From Octopus vulgaris (lineage: Eukaryota), in assembly GCA_951406725.2 (NCBI GenBank), contig OX597825.1, positions 6,820,001 to 6,884,000 on the forward strand: a stretch of DNA of 64,000 nucleotides, read 5' to 3'. The notes under the pieces were generated by a model. The model did not search any database. It was not told the DNA's origin and worked only from the letters and a program-made list of their open reading frames with translations. Numbering within the stretch: the stretch's first letter is position 1; each line of letters starts with the position of its first letter. Positions 37,896-50,486 of this stretch are shown one piece after another. A program made the position numbers and the translations under genes.

Positions 37896-38556
37896 ATACA
37901 AGGACAGACGAACGGACACACACACACACACACACACACATATACGCATGTATATGTGCTTTAAGAGTGACTGTTTCACTGCTGAGTGTCGTCTCATTGT
38001 TAGAACGAACAATGGGGAAACTAAGAATGAACTGGAGAGAGTTCCCATTGTGAAACAATTGTGGTGTTATGACTTTAAGGGTTAAACTCTCTCCACTGAG
38101 GTCAGTAGTTGACCAGCTTAGCTGCACACCATATTGTACTTACAAGTCATTATGTTTGGAATATACGAGTTTAGGCTTCTTTAAAATTGCACAGAATGTA
38201 GCAATGTAAGAATTAGTTTCCAGAGGAAATGGTTTAGTAAACTAAAAGAAATACTTTAGTCACAGATATTTCTCTGAGATAGTTTAATTGTGAATAAATC
38301 AATGAAAACTACTGACTAAATTCAATGAAATGTCTCTCGACAAAGCTGATCTAGGTTTCAATGGAAGCAGACTATTTTCTTAACTAATATTTCATCAACC
38401 AGACAAATATCAAGTGTATTCATATTTAAGAAGTCATGGACATAATCACATTCTCAATCATCTTGATGGAAAGGAAGCCATCTCGAGGGTCTTTTAAATG
38501 GTGTCAATTTGAAGATATTAACACAACGCTGTAAAAATAGTCCTTCAAGTATTATA

Positions 38557-38825
38557 TCATCATCGTCGTTTAACGTCTGCTTTCCATGCTAGCATGGGTT
38601 AGACGTATGACTGAGGGCTGGTGAACCAGATGGCTGCACCAGGCTCCAATCTTGATCTGGCAGAGTTTCTACAACTGGATGCCCCTCCTAATGCCAACCA
38701 CTCCGAGAGTGTAGTGGATGCATGGGGGCAGTCAGGCGGCACTGGCAATGACTTTGCTCGAATCTTTTACACATGCCACCGGTACAGGTGCCAGTAAGGC
38801 GATGCTGGTAACGATCACGCTTGTA
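38557..38825 (-). mobile_element. RTE 3' UTR (family B)
   Basis: CATCATCGTCGTTTAACGTCTGCTTTCCATGCTAGCATGG... on the plus strand. Confidence 0.75.
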
Positions 38826-40057
38826 TATTGTTGTTGCAAAAAGTAACAAACAACTTCATTTTGATCAGGACCACTTGCTAAGTATTCCTCATTTCTGGGT
38901 TCCAAATTGCCAATGTTGAATTTATATTCCATCCTTCTAAGGTCAACAAGAGCTGATCAGTTTTGGTTAAGTTAATTGATGACAGCACTCTCCAACTAAG
39001 TAAATGGCCAGAAGCTTAATCAAATTTAGCTGCCAAATGATTCTGCATCTTGTCTTCGAGTCAAGTAGTTTGTCTTTCATAGATATGGAGAAACAGATTT
39101 TGTTGGGGAATTCATTAAAGGAAATATTATTTCACTAAAACGAAGAAAGGTGACAGAAGAAGAAGCTATGTAATTAAGTGAATTTAATGAATTAATCACA
39201 AGGTTTGCTCAAATATTTACTGATTGTCCATAATAAGGAGAATGGATTTGCTTTGAATTAAATATGAGAGAGGCTTCAAGTATCCTGATCTTCCCTGAGA
39301 AGAAATGCCTAGAGGCATTTTATGAGGCATTTCCTGAGATGAATGCCTCTAGGCATTTACTCAACCTGCTAAAAATAGAAGCTACTCTCAAATAAATCTG
39401 CCTACTATCTTAAAAAGAAAGAAGGACATATTAGATGATTTAGTCAAGAGACCCCTATAAAGAAGGGATAGTCGGACCTTCACTACCTTGATACCTGTGT
39501 GTTAAGGGTTGATTTGGGTTTAAAGGACAACTATGTTCCCCAATAGTTTACTTCTAGGCAGTCATTATTTGTGTATGTGTGTGCATATGTGCTTGTATGC
39601 AGACATATGTACGTACGTCCATATATATATATATATATATATATAATTGATTAAGTGACCGGAAGATGGTTTTAGTATTAGTTTTTAATTTGTACAACAA
39701 TTTCAACCCATCCTTCTGCTGTCCCTCATGGGAGGGACTCTGTGTAACATGTTGTGTTACATCCATTTTGCAGTCTGGGTTACATCGAAGTACATCCATA
39801 CATAAAGTGGTGTCTCGCTTAAAGATCTTGAGTTTGGGGCAGTTGTGCTGTTATTTGTAGAATTTCTGAAGTAGATCTAATGGAAATATATCCTGACTGC
39901 GGATGACACCAGGTAGCCCAAACCGTGGCAGTGCTTTACTCAACACATCAGCACACTTACTGACGTATACTCATTTAGCCAAGATATTGCATATATACAT
40001 GTGTGTGTGTGTGTGTGTGTTGTGTGTGTGCATGTGTGTGTGTATATATATATATAT

Positions 40058-40490
40058 ATCATCATCATCGTCATTTAACATCCGCTTTCCATGCTGGCAT
40101 GGGTTGGATGGTTTGACTGAGGAGTGGTGAGCCAGATGACTGCACCAGACTCAATCTGATCTGGCAAAGTTTCTAGAGCTGGATGCCCTTCATAATGTCA
40201 ACCCCTTTGAGAGTGTAGTGAGTGCCAGTCAGATGGTTCTGGCAACAACCATCTCAAAAGGTGTTTTTTACATGCTACTTGCATGGGAGATAGTCAGGTG
40301 GCACTGGAAATGACGACACTCGAATGTTGCTTTTCATGTGTCGCCAGCATGTGCCGGTAAGGCGACACTGGCAATGATCACACTCAAATGGTACTTTTTA
40401 CATGCCACTGGCATGGGATCCAATCCGGGGCCCTGGTAACAATCATGCTTTTAACGTTCCACTGGCATGAGTACCAATCAGGCGGCACAC
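40058..40490 (-). mobile_element. RTE 3' UTR (family B) with about 4 internal repeat units
   Basis: Family B end followed by repeated GGCACTGGCAA.GA.CAC.CTCGAATGGTGCTTTT units. Confidence 0.75.
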
Positions 40491-40574
40491 ATGTCTTGTA
40501 AGTGCGTGTGTATTTCAGTGTATATATATATATATATATATATTTGTGTATATGTACACATATGTACATGTATA

Positions 40575-40970
40575 TGTGTGTGTGTATATGTGTATATATA
40601 TATTTATGTGGGTGTCTATATGCATGTATATATGAGTATATATATATATGTATATATATATATATTTATGCAGTTGTCTATATGCATGTATATATGAGTA
40701 TATATATAACGAGAAGCTTTATGAAAATAAACAAAAGACGAAGGCAGGTGGAGTATATATGTATGTGTGTATATGTGTATATAAATATTTATGTGGGTGT
40801 CTATATGCATGTATATATGAGTATATATATATGTGTATATATATATATATTTATGTGGTTGTCTATGTGCATGTATATATGAGTATATATATATGTGTGT
40901 GTATATGTGTATATATATATATTTATGTGGGTGTCTATATGCATGTATATATGAGTGTATATATATGTGT
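40575..40970. repeat. Microsatellite-derived ~55-bp minisatellite
   Basis: ATTTATGTGGGTGTCTATATGCATGTATATATGAGT-like unit five times. Confidence 0.85.
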
Positions 40971-41519
40971 GTGTGTGTGCGTGTGTGTGTACATGTGTAT
41001 ATGTGTTAGTTAAATAATACTTGAAGCTTATCATATAAACAATGTTAAATGGAATACTTTTGTAAACATTATTTTGAAAAATAATGATAAACTTGTAACT
41101 GAGAATCATATTATAGATTTGTTAGTTTGTTCTGATAACAGAACATAAACTCTTTTCACAATTACAATAAAGATAGAGACACTTATGCGGCAGAAACCAT
41201 CATTATTTTTACTTTCACTATACTGTTTAACAATGTATACCAATTACAAATGACGACACACGCACACAAACACAAACATACGCACACATAAGCATGAACA
41301 TATATATATACATAAACACATACATAAACACAGAGATGTATTTATATACACCCACATATATTCTGCTCTTTTGTTTTTGTCATCTTCCTGCTGTCTTAAT
41401 TATATTATTGAATGTAATGCGTTTCCTTTTTTCATACGTTTCAGACACAGAAGAGGCCGTATCATTATGTTATTAAGATAGACTGTGTGTTACTGAGTCT
41501 ATTATAGTATCGCCGAATC

Positions 41520-41739
41520 TTTTCTCTTTTACTTGTTTCAGTCATTTGACTGCGGCCATGCTGGAGCACCGCCTTTAGGCAAGCAAATCGAACCCGGGAC
41601 TTATTCTTTGTAAGCCCAGTACTTATTCTATCGGTCTCTTTTTGCCGAGCCGCTAAGTGACGGGGACGTAAACACACCAGCATCGGTTGTCAAGCAATGC
41701 TAGGGGGACAAACACAGACACACAAACATACACACATAC

Positions 41740-41772
<33 letters not shown>

Positions 41773-41937
41773 CGACAGGCTTCTTTCGGTTTCCGTCTAC
41801 CAAATCCACTCACAAGGCATTGGTCAGCCTGGGGCTATAGCAGAAGACACTTGCCCAAGATGCCACGCAGTGGGACTGAACCCAGAACCATGTGGTTGGT
41901 TAGCAAGCTACTTACCACACAGCCACTCCTGCGCCTA
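41520..41937 (-). mobile_element. SINE family A, full length
   Basis: Near-identical to 335-732. Confidence 0.85.
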
Positions 41938-42114
41938 TAGCCACTCCGCTTAGTGATGAATCTTTAAGATATGGTGTATCCACTAACTGGGCTGTTGAAA
42001 TATATGTTGTATTGTGTTTAGTGCAATTTCAGTAGCTGACGATCCGTAATCACACTTCATATTTAATGGGGTTACATTCATTCATTGTATCTTAGAATCA
42101 ACACTATCAACATT

Positions 42115-42725
42115 GGCACAAGGCCAGCAATTTTAGGGGAGGGGTTGCATTGATTACATTGACCCCCAGTGCTCAACTGGTACTTATTTTGTTAAACTCC
42201 GAAAGGATGAGAAGTAAAGTCGACCTCAGCAGAATTTGAACCCAGAACATACAGATAGATGGTTCGCCACTAAGCATTTTGACCAGCATTCTAACAATTC
42301 TGCCAGCTAAATATTGATTTCAAATTTTGGCGCAAGGCCGGCAGTTTCGGGGTATGGGGCTGGTCGATTACATTGACCCCAGTGCTCAACTGGTACTTAT
42401 TCTATCGACCCTGAAGAGATAAAAGGCAAAGTGGACCTCAACAGAATTTGAACTCAGAACCTAAAGACAGACAAAATGTCACTAAGCATTTTGTCCAGCA
42501 TGCTAACCATTCTGCCAGTTCACCTGACACAAGGCCAGTAACTCTGGGGAAGGAGTAAGTTACTTATATCGACCTTAGAGCTTAACTGGAACTTCTTTTA
42601 TCGACCATAAAAGGGATATAAGACAAACTTAACTTTGGTAGAATTTGAACTCAGGACTTAAAGATGGATGAAATGCCATGAAGCATTTTTCCCAGGATGC
42701 TAACCATTCTGCCAGCTTGCCACCG
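42115..42725 (-). mobile_element. Head-to-tail array of three family D (tail type 2) SINEs
   Basis: ~200-bp units starting near 42115, 42329 and 42527, each CAAGGCC.G...CAACTGGTACTTAT...AGAATTTGAAC.CAG...TAAGCATTT...TTCTGCCAG. Confidence 0.85.
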
Positions 42726-43204
42726 TCAACACTAAATATTGACAATAAATCTATGAGGATGGTAATAAAAAAGGGGAGGAAGTGGTGGAGATAGTGGTGG
42801 TGGCAGTGGTGGTGTGGTTGTGGTGGTGGTGGTGGTGCTGGTTTATTATGTTGCTGCTGTTACTGATGCGTAACAGGAATGGTAAATTGCTTCCACAAAT
42901 AATAAAAAAGTAAAACAGAAAAGATCCATTACATAATTAGAAACATGAAAAGAAAACAAGAACAAAAGGAATAAACTAATAAAACCATTTAATAAAAAAA
43001 ATCATTATACAAATTATTGTACACACACACACAGACACAAACACATGAACACACACACACACTTGTACTATATAGGTACAAACACACACAGACACATACG
43101 GGTTAAGCTTGTTTTGTACAACTATGAAGCGGGTTGATTAGCTTGCAGATGTATTCGCTATGGAAGCTGCCCATAACAATCATTGCTAATTCATCCAGTT
43201 GTCG

Positions 43205-43580
43205 TAGCACTCCGTCGGTTACGAGGAGGAGGGTTCCAGTTGAGCCGAGTGATGGAACAGCCAGCTCGTGAAATTAACGTGAAAGTGGCTGAGCACTCCA
43301 CACACACACACACATGTACCCTTAATGTAGTTCTTGGGGGAGATTCAGCGTGACAAGGCTGGCCCCTTTGAAATACAGGTACAACAGAAACAGGAAGAAA
43401 GCGGGAGAGAAAGTTGTGGTGAAAGAGTACAGCAGGGTTCACCACCATCCCCTGCCAGAGCCTCGTGGAGATTTAGGTGTTTTCACTCAATAAACACTCT
43501 CAAAGCCTGGTCTGGGAATCAAAACTGCAATTCTGTGACCTCGAGTCCACTGCCCTTACCATGAGGACATTGCCCCACCA
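43205..43580 (-). mobile_element. SINE with family C head/body and family E tail
   Basis: 43400-43580 matches 6190-6373 and 28150-28332; 43205-43385 matches the reverse complement of 62265-62450. Confidence 0.75.
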
Positions 43581-43814
43581 CATATTGGCCAAATCCTTCA
43601 AATACTTGCCCGTTTGCGGTCTGACCAAATATATTTATATTAGTTAACTAACCCCTACAGAGTTTCTTGGTGTATTTAAGGGGGCATCAGCCTGTCAAAC
43701 AAACAGGGTTGAGATGGTCATTGTTGGATTTCAGTTATGAATACAGCTAATCAATTTTTAAAACATTATAAAATAATCTTTGCACAACTAAGTTATTTAT
43801 TGTGTGTATATTAT

Positions 43815-44015
43815 GAGCTGCCAGAAACGTTAGCACGCCGGGTGAAATGCTTAGCAGTATTTCATCTATCACTACGTTCTGAGTTCAAATTCTGCCGAGG
43901 TGAACTTTGCCTTTTATCCTTTCGGGGTTGATAAATTAAGTACAGTTGCATACTGGAGTCAATCTAATCGATTAGCCTCCTCCCCAAAAATTTGGGGCCT
44001 TGTGCCTAGAGTAGC
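43815..44015 (+). mobile_element. Family D SINE (tail type 2), full length
   Basis: GAGCTGCCAGAAACGTTAGCACGCCGGG head, GAGTTCAAATTC B box, Nin/Deu-like GCCTTTTATCCTTTCGGGGTTGATAAATTAAGTAC. Confidence 0.8.
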
Positions 44016-44159
44016 ACAACTGTAGAATGTAATTTTTTCAAGACTTATACATGCCCTGATACCGTCAGTATCTACATATCAAATTTGGGCGCAATCGGAT
44101 GGAGGATGCCTGAGATCCTAGAAAACACAGACAGAGAGAAAAGATTTTATATAATATAT

Positions 44160-44211
<52 letters not shown>

Positions 44212-44459
44212 TTGAAGGTATATAAATGCTGCTACATCAGTCATTGGGTATAATGACTTTTTGTAGAATCTGAGTTGCTACATCCAATGTGGAAAATCAG
44301 TTCTTTAAGCAAATGCATTTGTTAGTTAGGGAGTGGGGTTGCCTCTGAGCAAGGCCTTTCCTCACTCTAAAATGCCTCAGATACAGGCATTGCTTGATTC
44401 TTAACCTCTCTATTATGTATTGAATATTATGGCTGGCTATAACCAAAAAGGACCAAACA

Positions 44460-44540
44460 CTCAATAAAATATTCCATTCTGAAATGAAGGCATGTGTCAG
44501 CATGGATGGTGAGCTCACCGAACACCTGTTGCTAGAGGTG
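44460..44540 (+). pseudogene. Possible short RTE reverse-transcriptase remnant
   Basis: LNKIFHSEMKACVSMDGELTEHL resembles the region just upstream of the GV.QG motif in RTE RTs (FH..M.A.V..DGELS..F). Short match only. Confidence 0.4.
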
Positions 44541-47070
44541 CCCATTATTGCCACATCTGTGCAAAGAGTGTAGATTCCTAGCAGGACTGAACAGCTACAT
44601 CTTGTACAACTCATGTTTAAGAGAACAGTCAACACAGACTGATTCGTGGCCATATTGTTTAATTTTATTCTAATGTGTTTTAGAAAATAAGAATGGTTAA
44701 GAACTGCATAACTACACTTATATAATTGATTGTAAATGAAACCAAGACTATGACAAGGATGTTGACAAGTGTGATAACAACTGTTGTTTAATATGATAAC
44801 GATTACAATTATAATAATAATCTTTATCATGATGCCAGTAGCTGTGTTGACAATGAGGTCTGTGTTGATAAAACTTGGATTGTTGATGAATGCAGTCAAG
44901 TGTAGTTGTATATACAGACAACGAAACAAGAATGAGCCGAACCTTGAAGTAACAGAGTTAGTACAGGGACACACAGACATTAAAACACTCACACACGCAT
45001 GCACAAACGCAGATACACATACACACGCATTACTATCAAAGCATATACAGCATCTGGGTGAAAGATAAACTTAATTAATTTGACATACAAATTTGTTGAC
45101 TACAATGAAAAATCTGTCCTGGAATATGTGTCAGTATATTTGTGTAAGTCTGGTATTTGTGTGTATTTTGTTTTCCCTGTAGGCGTAGAGAATGGAATAG
45201 ATACAAGACGGGGAGATGGCGATGGTGTAATCAATTTCTGTTTCTTTCTCCAAAATAATATTCTGTATTTAATGAGAAAAAATCTTTATCTTGTAAAACA
45301 AATTTCTAGCAAGAGAGAGGTTAGAAATGTATAGAAATATTTCATTCTTAGGTCATATTGATAATAGTTTTTTTTTTTACCCTACACCAGCGCCACCTAC
45401 CACTGTATTGTCTATAATAATAATATAGGAGGATTCCACCAATCAAAACAACTCACAGCCAATAAATAAATACATAATCAAATGAAAATAAAGTGTTTGT
45501 TGTTTATCTTCCCTCTTTTGTTTTAATAATAATAATGACGATGATGATGACGATGATGATGACAATAATGATGATAACTACCACCACCACTGCCACCATC
45601 TCTACTGTCATCATCATCATCATCATTGTCAGTAATGATAATAATAAAATTTTATGCGTTGCTGTAGTTTCCTTTGCACAGACATCATTATTGGGTGAGA
45701 TTCATCTGAAAACAATGCTGGTATCGCTTTGTATTTATGACACAATGTTAACGAGTGTCATTTTATAGACTCAATAGAACTTACAGATATGAATATCAAC
45801 CATACCAAAACGAAGTAGTTTGTTAGTTGGATATGAATTTAATATAAATCTACCCCATCTCTCTCTCTCTCGCTCTTTCCCTCTCTTTCTTTCTCCCTTT
45901 CTTTCTTTACCTCTTGGGTGCACACATCCACACACAAACACAAATGCACATTATACTCCAGAACTTGCTGACTCCAAACTATCTCCATCTAAATATACCC
46001 AATAAACCTATCAGATCTTCTCAGCACTTCCGATTTAACTCTACCATTCTCCAAACAAGACGCATTATTTAAACCGAAACTAGCAACCTTGATGAACCCT
46101 TGTCCTCGTTAACTTTCTCTTCTAATTTATGACAATTAAAATCAAACATTACTAATTATCTTTCCAATTATTTCTACCTGAACAAGTATATACTCTTAAT
46201 TGCATTTCTTGTACTTGTTTCAGCCACTGGACTGAGGCCATGCTGGGGCACAACTGGATATAGTATATCTTATGGAATAACTAATTCACATTGTTGCAGT
46301 AGAACTTATAGTGTTTTTTGATAATAGTCACTTTCTTTTCCCACCATAATTTTGGTCCAAGGAAGTACTCTATGGCACTATGTTAGATATTGGTTATAGT
46401 TTTGTTTTGTTTTTTGTTTCATAAATAATAAAGCCATTTCCATTGAGTGCATCTCAAAATTATCAGCTGTTCAAAGCACAATTAACAAATACGTAAATAT
46501 TATTTGTGAGTTAATACTACATGTGTTATAAGAGGATAAGATCAAAATATCTGTGTTAAAATGCAGAGTTCACAGCACAAGTTTAATCAGTCTGTATCCT
46601 GTGTTGAGATTCATTTCATAAATATTTTCTTTATCTCTTTTCCTGCAAATTTTGCTCTGAGAAAATTCACAAAGCTGAACAAAAAAAACAAAAAAACTGT
46701 CAGTTTTAAGAAAACCACCAAGAACTGCAATCACCCAATTAAGAGACAGCAGGAAATGTTTTGTAAGAATTAGAGCAGCTAATTCTTCCAGGGTAAGCAA
46801 TCACATAGAATTTCCTTTGTAAGAAACACAGTTTGCTACAGTAATCTCTCAGATCTTCACAGTCCTTGCCGTTACATACTGTTTCCAACACCCAGAACAA
46901 CAACCCAGAGCACTACTGCAACATCGTCCTATGGGCACTATTCGCCTACTTAGTCTTGACAAACATATATTCAAATATAATTTATTCCAGTTCTATATTT
47001 AAGAGATGAGGAATTATTTACATTATTTACATTTGACGTATATTTGTCCTCATCTTCTTGTATTGTTGTT

Positions 47071-47116
47071 AACACAACATTTCGGCTGATATACCCTCCA
47101 GCCTTCATCAGGTATT
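47071..47116 (-). ncRNA. Minimal type I hammerhead motif, stem III palindrome mutated
   Basis: AAUAC CUGAUGA A GGCUG-loop-CAGCC GAA AUGU U GUGUU. Confidence 0.6.
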
Positions 47117-47236
47117 TTGGGGAAATTTCCAGGCAGTGACCTGAATATTAATATTAATAATAATAATAATAATAATCATAATGATAATATCATAAAATAC
47201 CTTAGGAATGAGAACCCAGGTTCGAAATTTCCCCAA

Positions 47237-47282
47237 GACACCTGATGAAGGCTGGAGGGTATATCAGCTGAAACGTTGTGTT
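47237..47282 (+). ncRNA. Minimal type I hammerhead ribozyme motif (Penelope type)
   Basis: Stem I GACAC/GUGUU, core CUGAUGA plus an extra A, stem II GGCUG/CAGCU, GAA, palindromic stem III ACGU, predicted cleavage after GUU (47277). Confidence 0.75.
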
Positions 47283-47361
47283 AATAACAAACAAGATGAG
47301 GACAAATATCCGTCAAATGTAAATAAAGTAAATAATGATTTATTCCTTCTACAAATATTAT

Positions 47362-48032
47362 TTGTGCAGGGAAGCAGTGGAAAAGGTAGACCCAGGAAGA
47401 CATAGGACAAAGTGGTGAGAAAGGATCATCAGATGCTGGGGCTCACTTAGATGACAAAGGACTGAGACATCTGACAATTTGCTGTACTTGAGAAGGTATG
47501 TCAAACTAATTAAAATCATAGTCGTCCATACGTACAGGCCTGTCCTTTATGGCCATGCCTCTCACTCCTCCCAGCTGAGAGGCCTTTGCTTTGCAGGTGC
47601 CAGTGCCGCGTGAAATGCACTTGTGCTGGTGCCATGTAAAAGCACCAATGCTGGTAGCATGTACAAGGCACCCAGCACTACTCTGTAAAAGTGGTTGGTG
47701 TTAGGAAGGGCATTCAAGCGTGGAGGTCATGTCAAAACAGACAATTGGAGAGCTTGGATAGCTCCTTATCAAACTGTCCAGCCCATGCCAACATAGCAAA
47801 ACAGACTTTAAACGATGGTGATGACGATGATGATGATGATAATGATGATGAGAATGATGGCGATGATGATGATGATGGTGATGATGATGATGATGATGGT
47901 GACGATGATGGTAATGATGATGATGACAGTGATGATGATAATAATGATGATGATGGTGATGATAATGATGATGATGATGATGATGATGATGACGACGACG
48001 ACGATGATGACGATGATGATGATGATGATGAT
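47362..48032 (+). mobile_element. RTE LINE 3' end: decayed ORF C-terminus, 3' UTR and expanded (GAT)n tail
   Basis: VQGSSGKGRPRKT*DKVVRKD...FAVLEK is followed directly by the family B sequence and about 215 bp of (GAT)n. This links family B to RTE. Confidence 0.8.
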
Positions 48033-49147
48033 TTCATGAATTTCCAACCGAATTCTGGGCTGGTAGACCAACAGTAATAATAAGTTCAGAACAACAGATG
48101 ACCATTCTCCAAACAAGTTCACTTAAACAACCAGCAGAATCTACTGACTTTTAGAAAGAGACTGGGCAGCGAATTACCATATCTAAAATCTCAGTAACAT
48201 ATAAAAACACTCCCAGAAGTTATCTCTAAAACATTGTTATTCATTTTCGAAGTCCGTTTACTGCATATTTAAACTATATCTTGTTTTTGGTTAAAAGTTT
48301 TAGTAAATATTTTTTTCTTTTCTAGTTGTAAAAGAAAGACAAGAAACTTCGTCTTGCATTTATTTCCACATACCCGCTTTTTCTACTGTAACACCTCAGC
48401 CATGAAATATCACAAAATTAATATTCATTCAACCGAACACACTAAGACAAGTAATGTACCCAGGGTCCATTATGTGAAATCCCAAAGGGGGCTTGAATTG
48501 ATATAAGGGCTGAAATCTAAAGGCAAAAATCACTAACATTAAAACTCCCAGGGCCTGTATTTCTCATGGATGAGTTATTTTAACACTTTAAATATCTTTC
48601 CATAATCTTTCTTTTCTGTCTCTACAGAGAAATAATTCCGTTCTGCAATAACTCAATTGAATTTGTCAAGATATAAAACCTTGAACATTTACCAAAAATG
48701 TAACAATTGGGAATATTTACACTTCTCTGTTCACTTGTACAAGAATTCATGAGGTATGATAGACGCCTCATCCCGCTCTTTTATTTCTAATGAGTTATAT
48801 TAGAAAAGATCTCAACTGTAAGATCGAAAATATAGAATAAAATAAAAAGGAATCGGCTTTATACATAAATACTGAAGAATTATCATGGAAGCTGTTCAGT
48901 GAAATAGCCAAAACAATTTGCAATTCTGATTAGGTTTTCCAGCACTGATATTTTTCAAAATATTTTATCAACAGACCCATCAAAATTTTTCTATCAATAC
49001 CAAGAAATGATCACTTTTTTTAAAATTTCTTTTTCACTTGTTTTTGTTATTATTTTATATATCGTATTTGTTTCTTTTGTTTTCACTTAGTCGTCTTAAT
49101 TCATTGTGGATGTAAACAAATGTTGGCACCGTTTTGCTATTCATGAT

Positions 49148-49149
<2 letters not shown>

Positions 49150-49200
<51 letters not shown>

Positions 49201-49361
49201 AAGAGAAAGAGAGAGAGTAGCAACGAAAGAGATAAACTGATTAGAGTGTGAGGTGAAAAGGAGAGAGAAGGAAATAAAGAGAGGATAATAGAGAAAACAA
49301 GAGATGGAAATAGAGAGAATAAAGAGATGAGAGATGAAAATAGTGAACAATATTGAGAGAT

Positions 49362-49414
<53 letters not shown>

Positions 49415-49500
49415 AGGAGTGAATTAATGAGAAGGTGATACTTAACGAGAAAAGGAGAGAAAGAAAATGGCAGAAAAAGAGAAAGAGATAGATAGATAGG

Positions 49501-49539
<39 letters not shown>

Positions 49540-49650
49540 ATAGATAGAGATAGAGATAGAGAGAGAGAGAGAGAGAGACGGAGTGAATTAATGAGAAGGT
49601 GATACTTAACAAGAAAAAGAGAGAGAGAAAATGGCAGAAAAAGAGAGAAA
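49150..49650. repeat. (GA)n/(GATA)n arrays with a ~65-bp direct duplication
   Basis: GGAGTGAATTAATGAGAAGGTGATACTTAAC at about 49416 and 49580. Confidence 0.85.
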
Positions 49651-50006
49651 TGATATCTGTGAGAAAAAAGAAAGGATGTTGAATAATATAAAAGGAAGCA
49701 GGGAAAAAAAAAGAGAGAAATGTAAAACATGGTAAGGTAGAGGCCTTAGGTTATTTATTTCTCAGTATTTCTGAAAAATGAAAAGGATTGATAATCAATT
49801 TATTGATGGCTTTGATGTTGAAGAATAAGACAATGATTTAAAGGTGATCTCTGAGAGTAAGAGTCAAAGACAAGAAAAGGAACTGTTTAAAGTTAGCCTC
49901 TTTATTGCAAGAGTCTAAGATGCAAAGAAAGTGGTTATTTACAGTTAGGTTTCTCTCGACTCAAATCAAAATGTGAGTCTGTCGAATATGTAAAGTTGCT
50001 TGAGCT

Positions 50007-50074
50007 AGAGTCAAGTTTAAGCAAGAGTCGAATTTAAGCAAGAGTTGAATTTAAGCAAGAGTCTGATTTAAGGA
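50007..50074. repeat. 17-bp tandem repeat x4
   Basis: AGAGTCAAGTTTAAGCA AGAGTCGAATTTAAGCA AGAGTTGAATTTAAGCA AGAGTCTGATTTAAGGA. Confidence 0.9.
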
Positions 50075-50096
50075 AAGTGTCAGAGGTCACCCGACT

Positions 50097-50237
<141 letters not shown>

Positions 50238-50486
50238 TTTCTCCTGCTACCAGTTATGGTTTTGCTGAAGAAACAGTTTATATAAAAATACATTTTTGCA
50301 ACAAAGAGATATTTTCCTGGGAAACAAAAGAGAAACCTGTTGTTAGCCACATAAGATGGAACCAGCAAATAAAACAGGATCTTTGTTCTTTAATGGTCAG
50401 AAAACAAAACTGAGGATAAAACAGTTGAAGCTAGCAGTAAGTCTAATTAGGTAGGCATTGATAGAAACTTACAAATAAGTTTCTGT

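Larger units (their letters stand above)
46989..47337 (+). mobile_element. Second copy of the Penelope-like hammerhead element (inverted tail + truncated head + (AAT)n + tail)
   Basis: TSD ATTTATTCC at 46980-46988 and 47338-47346. Inverted tail 46989-47129, CAGGCAGTGACCTGA at 47130, (AAT)n, direct tail 47193-47337. Confidence 0.8.

Noticed and set aside
44030-44160. Helitron-like non-autonomous 3' end (CAAATTTGGGCGCAATCGGATG...ACAGACAGA..TTTTATATA)
   Set aside because: Single copy in the window with no clear termini; cannot be supported without a library search.
44297-45004. Longest ORF in the window (235 aa, minus strand)
   Set aside because: No recognisable domain, starts in a (GT)n-like tract, and part of it is antisense to a probable RTE remnant.
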